From: an uncultured delta proteobacterium
GTDB taxonomy: Bacteria; Desulfobacterota; Desulfomonilia; Desulfomonilales; Desulfomonilaceae
Direction: 5' to 3'
Length of the DNA stretch: 64,000 nucleotides
Assembly: GCA_963789265.1 (NCBI GenBank)
Contig: CAWBKB010000001.1
Coordinates: forward strand, 32,001 to 96,000
Both the position numbers and the translations under genes were made by a program. Below, piece after piece: positions 59,549 through 64,000 of the stretch; position 1 is the stretch's first letter; each line of letters opens with the position of its first letter. The notes under the pieces are model-generated. The model was not told the DNA's origin, did not search any database, and worked only from the letters and a program-made list of their open reading frames with translations.

Positions 59549-60581
59549 GGGTCAAGTCTACTCTTGACTCATAGGAGGGTTCGCTCGATCGCTTGCACTT
59601 TCCTTCTCAGGTTCCTGTCGCTCGCGATCTTTTGCTTCATGCGAGAAACCACGCTGCTCACACTGCTGTAATGCTCCAGTCCAAAGGCATCTCCTATGGT
59701 TGACAGTGTTTGACCGGAGAGCCGTCTGGCAAGATAGACTGCCACGTTCCTGGCGTCGTTGCTCATTCCTCTTCTGCTCGACAGCAGCTCATTGCGATCT
59801 ATGCAATAGCTCGCGCATACGGCAGATTGTATCGCCTCCAATCCCGGAACGAGTAACCGTGAGGCAGGCATCTCTCGATGAGATCGGAGGCTCTGAAAGT
59901 TTGCCTTCACCCAGCCCACAAACTCATCTGATCCCAGAAGCGACGGGACATTTCTTTTGGACAACACTGCCGTGAACTCCTCTGATTCGTCCTGCACCAT
60001 GAACTCCCGGTAGGCCCTTGCCGAATCCTCTCCAGCCCGGCACAGCATGGAGAACACCATTTCCCTGTATAGCCAAGCCCATCTAGCTGAAAGGGACAAA
60101 TAAGCTATGTGGCTGCTCCAGAGGTATCGATCGAGTCGACTCACCAACCCGGCCCGCAATGGATTCCGGTGAATATATCGGACCAAATCGAGCAGATACG
60201 TGTCGGCCTCTACGAGAATGGCCTTGTAACGGCCTCGGAAGAGAGAGCCGTCGCACTTGTGGAACCAGTTGAATCGCTGAGTGTATACGCCGTCCACATG
60301 CCTCATAAACCGTGAAAGGTTAGCATCCGGAGTCTGGACCAACAGGTGGTAGTGATTCGGCATCAGGCAAAATGCTGCAATCCTGACATTCCACATGGTG
60401 GAGCCTGCCCGTAAATGTTCCATAAATCGCTGACAATCTTCCCGTCCGGGAAAAATCACTTCGTCGCGTCTGCCCCTGTTCATCACATGGTACCAGGCAT
60501 CTGGATATTGAATTCGTAATGGCCGCGACATGGACCAGCCATACCACCACGTCCGGTATGAGTCAAGAGCAGACTTGACCC
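59549..60581 (-). mobile_element. RAYT/Y1-transposase element bounded by 25-bp terminal inverted repeats
   Basis: GGGTCAAGTCTACTCTTGACTCATA (59549-59573) versus TATGAGTCAAGAGCAGACTTGACCC (60557-60581), one mismatch. Confidence 0.82.
59569..60531 (-). CDS. REP-associated tyrosine (Y1/HUH) transposase with C-terminal DnaA-domain-IV-like HTH
   Basis: MSRPLR..YHVMNRG, NHYHLL (HUH), LFRGRYKA, YIHRNP, WSS; C-terminal ARNVAVYLARR..TL..IG..FG..HYSSV. Confidence 0.9.
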   Translation of the reverse strand: MSRPLRIQYPDAWYHVMNRGRRDEVIFPGREDCQRFMEHLRAGSTMWNVRIAAFCLMPNHYHLLVQTPDANLSRFMRHVDGVYTQRFNWFHKCDGSLFRGRYKAILVEADTYLLDLVRYIHRNPLRAGLVSRLDRYLWSSHIAYLSLSARWAWLYREMVFSMLCRAGEDSARAYREFMVQDESEEFTAVLSKRNVPSLLGSDEFVGWVKANFQSLRSHREMPASRLLVPGLEAIQSAVCASYCIDRNELLSSRRGMSNDARNVAVYLARRLSGQTLSTIGDAFGLEHYSSVSSVVSRMKQKIASDRNLRRKVQAIERTLL

Positions 60582-60967
60582 TTTTTTTGCACGAATCGCG
60601 AATATTTGTTAGATGAAGTAGGAACAAGGGTGGGGCGGCAAAAATGATTCTAGAACTGCATGATGAACGAGGGCGATTGCCCCTGTTTTCATTTTGAATA
60701 GGTTAGTTTGAAACTGTCTCTTCGCATCGCCAGGCATAGAAATTTTCTGGGGGATTCAAGACGCGGGACCTGTTCGCTGCCGTACTTTCCAGAGGGAGGT
60801 GGCACCGTAATTCCGCTTTATCCTGAATGGACCCTCTGGGTCATGTCCTGCAGGACCGAGCCTCACTACTCGTAGTTACAGCGCCGCCGAAAGAGCAAGG
60901 CATTCGGAAAATACTCGGCAACCCCAACAAAAAAGAGTAACATTTACGGAGCTGAAGGAATGACCCA

Positions 60968-62563
60968 ATGAATGGAAAGCGTTTTTGTCAACCGGGAGTC
61001 GGTTCTTCCGGCATTCCGAGAGCGACCGGTCTCGCTGAAGTAAGGCCCGGTAGCCGAGTGTTGAACTGGGACAAGTTCATTCTTGGCCTGAAAAAGACCA
61101 CCAAAGAGTTCATAGAGAATGTCCTGGAAAACATAATAGAATCCATTGTGGTGGCGAGCTTGGACGGGCGGCTGGTTTTCTTCAATAAGTTCTCCGAAGA
61201 GATGTTCGAATACCGAGCGGAGGAAGTACTCAACCGGCACATAGTCATCCTTGGAGCCCATGAGCCGGATGTTCTCGGCCATATTCGACAGAACAAGTCC
61301 TTTCACGGAGAAATCATTCTAAAGACTAAAGGGGGACGACGGTTCCCCGCGCACGTCCGCTGCGTGCCGCTACGTGATGAAACTGATCGCCCCATCGCCA
61401 TGGTAGGCGTGGCCCGAGACCTGACCCGCGAAAAAGATTCGGATTTTATTGACCGCAAAGTGGCTCATCTGGAAGCCTTCAACGAGAATTTGATTTCCTC
61501 TCTTAACGATGGAATCCAGATAATCGATATCCAGGGATTCATAACCTTCGCAAACAATCGCCTGGAGGACCTCCTGGAATACGGGCGAGGCGAACTGGCG
61601 GGAGTACACTACTCTGAAGTGGTTATTTCAGAGGGATGCCCGCTTTTTGAGACGCTTATCGAAGCAGAGGGAGGTGCGCCGGGACGCTTTTCGTTCGAAA
61701 CGAGGTTCGTAACGAGTTCGGGCACGAGGATCGCGGTACTTGTCAACGGCTCACCTTTTATAGACCCTGCCGGCGGTATGGGCATAATTGCTGCGGTTAC
61801 CGACGTGTCGGAGGTTCAGAGGCTCAAAGAAGAGCTGTTTCAGTCCGAGAAAATGTCGCTCATTGGCACGTTGGCCAGTGAGGTGGCGCACGAAATCAAC
61901 AATCCGCTGGGCGGGCTGATCATGGCAGTGCAGATGCTGACTGAAGATATCCAGCACGGCAACCTGGAACCTGGCAATTTTCTCCACGAACTTGCTGAAA
62001 TCGAGGCAGACGCCCGCCGATGCAGGAGAATCGTTCAGAAACTCCTGCAATTCTCGAGGCGGGTGCCTGAAGAAAATACTCCGCTGGATTTGAACAACGT
62101 GATCGAAGAGGCGATGCTCTTGGTACAGCGTCAGGCAGAACTCGACGATATCTCCTTTTTCAAGTCTTACGCAGACAATTTGCCCCCAGTAAAGGGGAAC
62201 TCCAATGACCTCCAGCAAGTCTTCATAAACCTGATGAAAAATGCACGAGACGCTATGCCTCAGGGGGGCCGCATCGGCGTGTCCACAAACAGACTGCTCG
62301 AGGAAGGGGATGAATTCGTCTGTGTGCACATCTCTGACACTGGGTCGGGAGTATCGCCCGTAGTCGCGGACCGGGTGTTCGAATCATTTTTCACCACAAA
62401 AGAGAGAGGCAAAGGTACCGGTCTCGGATTGGCAGTCAGCAAACGGATCGTAAAGGAGCATGGTGGACGTATCGGTTTTACAAGCAATCCCGGGGAAGGA
62501 GCCGTATTCTGGGTCATCCTCCCTGCGGCAGTCGGCGCAGAATGCGGAGACAACGATGACTGA
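60968..62563 (+). CDS. Two-PAS sensor histidine kinase (start uncertain)
   Basis: Two PAS repeats, VAHEINNPL, NARDAM, FFTTK..GKGTGLGL. Confidence 0.92.
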   Translation: MNGKRFCQPGVGSSGIPRATGLAEVRPGSRVLNWDKFILGLKKTTKEFIENVLENIIESIVVASLDGRLVFFNKFSEEMFEYRAEEVLNRHIVILGAHEPDVLGHIRQNKSFHGEIILKTKGGRRFPAHVRCVPLRDETDRPIAMVGVARDLTREKDSDFIDRKVAHLEAFNENLISSLNDGIQIIDIQGFITFANNRLEDLLEYGRGELAGVHYSEVVISEGCPLFETLIEAEGGAPGRFSFETRFVTSSGTRIAVLVNGSPFIDPAGGMGIIAAVTDVSEVQRLKEELFQSEKMSLIGTLASEVAHEINNPLGGLIMAVQMLTEDIQHGNLEPGNFLHELAEIEADARRCRRIVQKLLQFSRRVPEENTPLDLNNVIEEAMLLVQRQAELDDISFFKSYADNLPPVKGNSNDLQQVFINLMKNARDAMPQGGRIGVSTNRLLEEGDEFVCVHISDTGSGVSPVVADRVFESFFTTKERGKGTGLGLAVSKRIVKEHGGRIGFTSNPGEGAVFWVILPAAVGAECGDNDD

Positions 62564-63969
62564 GAGTGTCCGCATCCTCGTGGTGGACGACGAAGACTCA
62601 GTTCGCAAGCGATGCGTTCGATTGCTTGCTCGGCATGGCTATGACGTCGTAGGAGCGAGAGACAGCAAGGCCGCCCTGAATATAGTTCAAACCACATCCT
62701 GCGATGTCATGCTGGTGGATATCCGCATGCCCGGAATGGACGGTTCTGGAGCTTCTCAAACGGGTGAAGGCATTTTCCCATTCCATCGAGGTGATCATGA
62801 TGACAGGATACGCTGCGGTGGAGACCGCTGTGAAAGCCATGAAATGCGGAGCTTATGATTACCTGGCCAAGCCTTTTGAACCGGAAGAACTCCTTCATGT
62901 AATTCAAAATGTAGCTGAGAAGAAGCGCCTGCAGAGAGAAATTACGGAACTGCGCGGACAGCTCAGAGAGCATCAGGAAAGCCCTCTGGTCGGTAATTCC
63001 GGGGCTATGGCTGCAATTATTCGTTTCATCGACAAGGTTGCTCCAGTAGACTGCAACATTCTGTTGCAGGGAGAAAGCGGCACCGGAAAGGAATTGGTAG
63101 CCAAGAGGATTCACGCGAGCAGCCCCAGGAGCCAGTTACCCTTTGTGGTAGCCGATTGCGCCGCACTGTCGGGAGCCCTGCTCGACAGCGAACTCTTCGG
63201 GCACGTAAAGGGGGCCTTTACTAGTGCGTACACCACTCGCAGAGGGTATTTCGAATCAGCGGACCGGGGGACGATATTCCTCGATGAAATTGCCGAGTTG
63301 CCGCTGGATTTGCAAGGGAAGCTTCTGCGAGCCGTCGAGGAAAACGTAGTATTCAGGATTGGTTCCAGCGATCCGATCAAAGCCGATGTCCGAATAATTG
63401 CCGCCACCAACAAAAACCTGGAAGATTACGTGTCAAAGGGCCTTTTCAGGCATGATCTCTTTTACCGGCTGAACGTGGTAGGACTCACTATTCCTCCCCT
63501 ACGTGAGCGGTCGGAGGACATTCCCCTCCTTATAAAATACTTTTCAAGTCGGTCTGCAGCCCTGCTCGGTCTCTCGAAGCTCCCTCAGATGTCTCCGGAG
63601 GTCCAGAATTCCTTGACGGCCTATGATTGGCCGGGGAATGTCAGAGAGCTGGAAAACGCTGTGTACAGGGCGTTGGTGCTGGCCGAGGACGAGCAACTGT
63701 CAGTGCATCACATGCTCCCGGTCAGTGCCTGGGGGGGTGCTTCTCATACGGTGTCCGCTCCGGCCGGCGATAAGAATTTTAAGACTCTGCGCCGACAAGT
63801 TGCCCAAGATTTTACCAAGAACTACCTGGAATCCTGCCTCAGGCTCTATGGTGGAAACGTTACGTTGGCCGCTAATGCCTTGGGCATGCGTCGAACTTCT
63901 TTGCAGAGACTCCTCAAGCGGGTCGGGCTGGATGCCGGAAAATTCCGGGGACAGGTGCCTCTCAAATAG
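62556..63969 (+). CDS. Sigma-54-dependent response regulator; apparent +1 frameshift near 62745
   Basis: ILVVDDE...DIRMPGMDG then LELL in the next frame; GESGTGKE, GAFTSA, WPGNVREL, HTH. Confidence 0.88.
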
Positions 63970-64000
63970 AGGCGGGCCTCCTATCCTGTCGTCCCCAAAA

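Overview
A 64-kb, mostly plus-strand window dense in accessory anaerobic catabolic genes. The gene families and repeats suggest a Desulfobacterota/deltaproteobacterium-like anaerobe (inference). It holds three catabolic modules. (1) 1-11.9 kb: CoA-ligase end, DUF35 plus thiolase, epimerase-like VOC, Fe-S nitroreductase, acyl-CoA dehydrogenase, SDRs and a Liv/HAAT ABC importer. (2) 12.6-32.2 kb: a V4R-GAF-PAS kinase and sigma-54 activator upstream of an OYE reductase, a hydantoinase/oxoprolinase A+B pair, CoA ligase, ACAD, NCS1 permease and a three-subunit HcrBCA/xanthine-dehydrogenase-type Mo enzyme. This is a candidate N-heterocycle/lactam pathway. (3) 38.6-59.2 kb: a TetR-controlled divergent locus with two OYEs, CoA ligase, amidohydrolase, Cys-less thiolase plus DUF35, hydratase, ACAD, a second Liv importer and a bis-MGD Mo enzyme resembling Eggerthellaceae catechol dehydroxylases. 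Mobility marks are two direct 47-bp tRNA-Asp 3' fragments (att-like), a RAYT/Y1 transposase gene bracketed by 25-bp hairpin-containing inverted repeats, IS remnants and nested REP-like palindromes. Six single-base frameshifts in otherwise intact genes look like long-read assembly errors. All functional calls are by eye, with no database searches.
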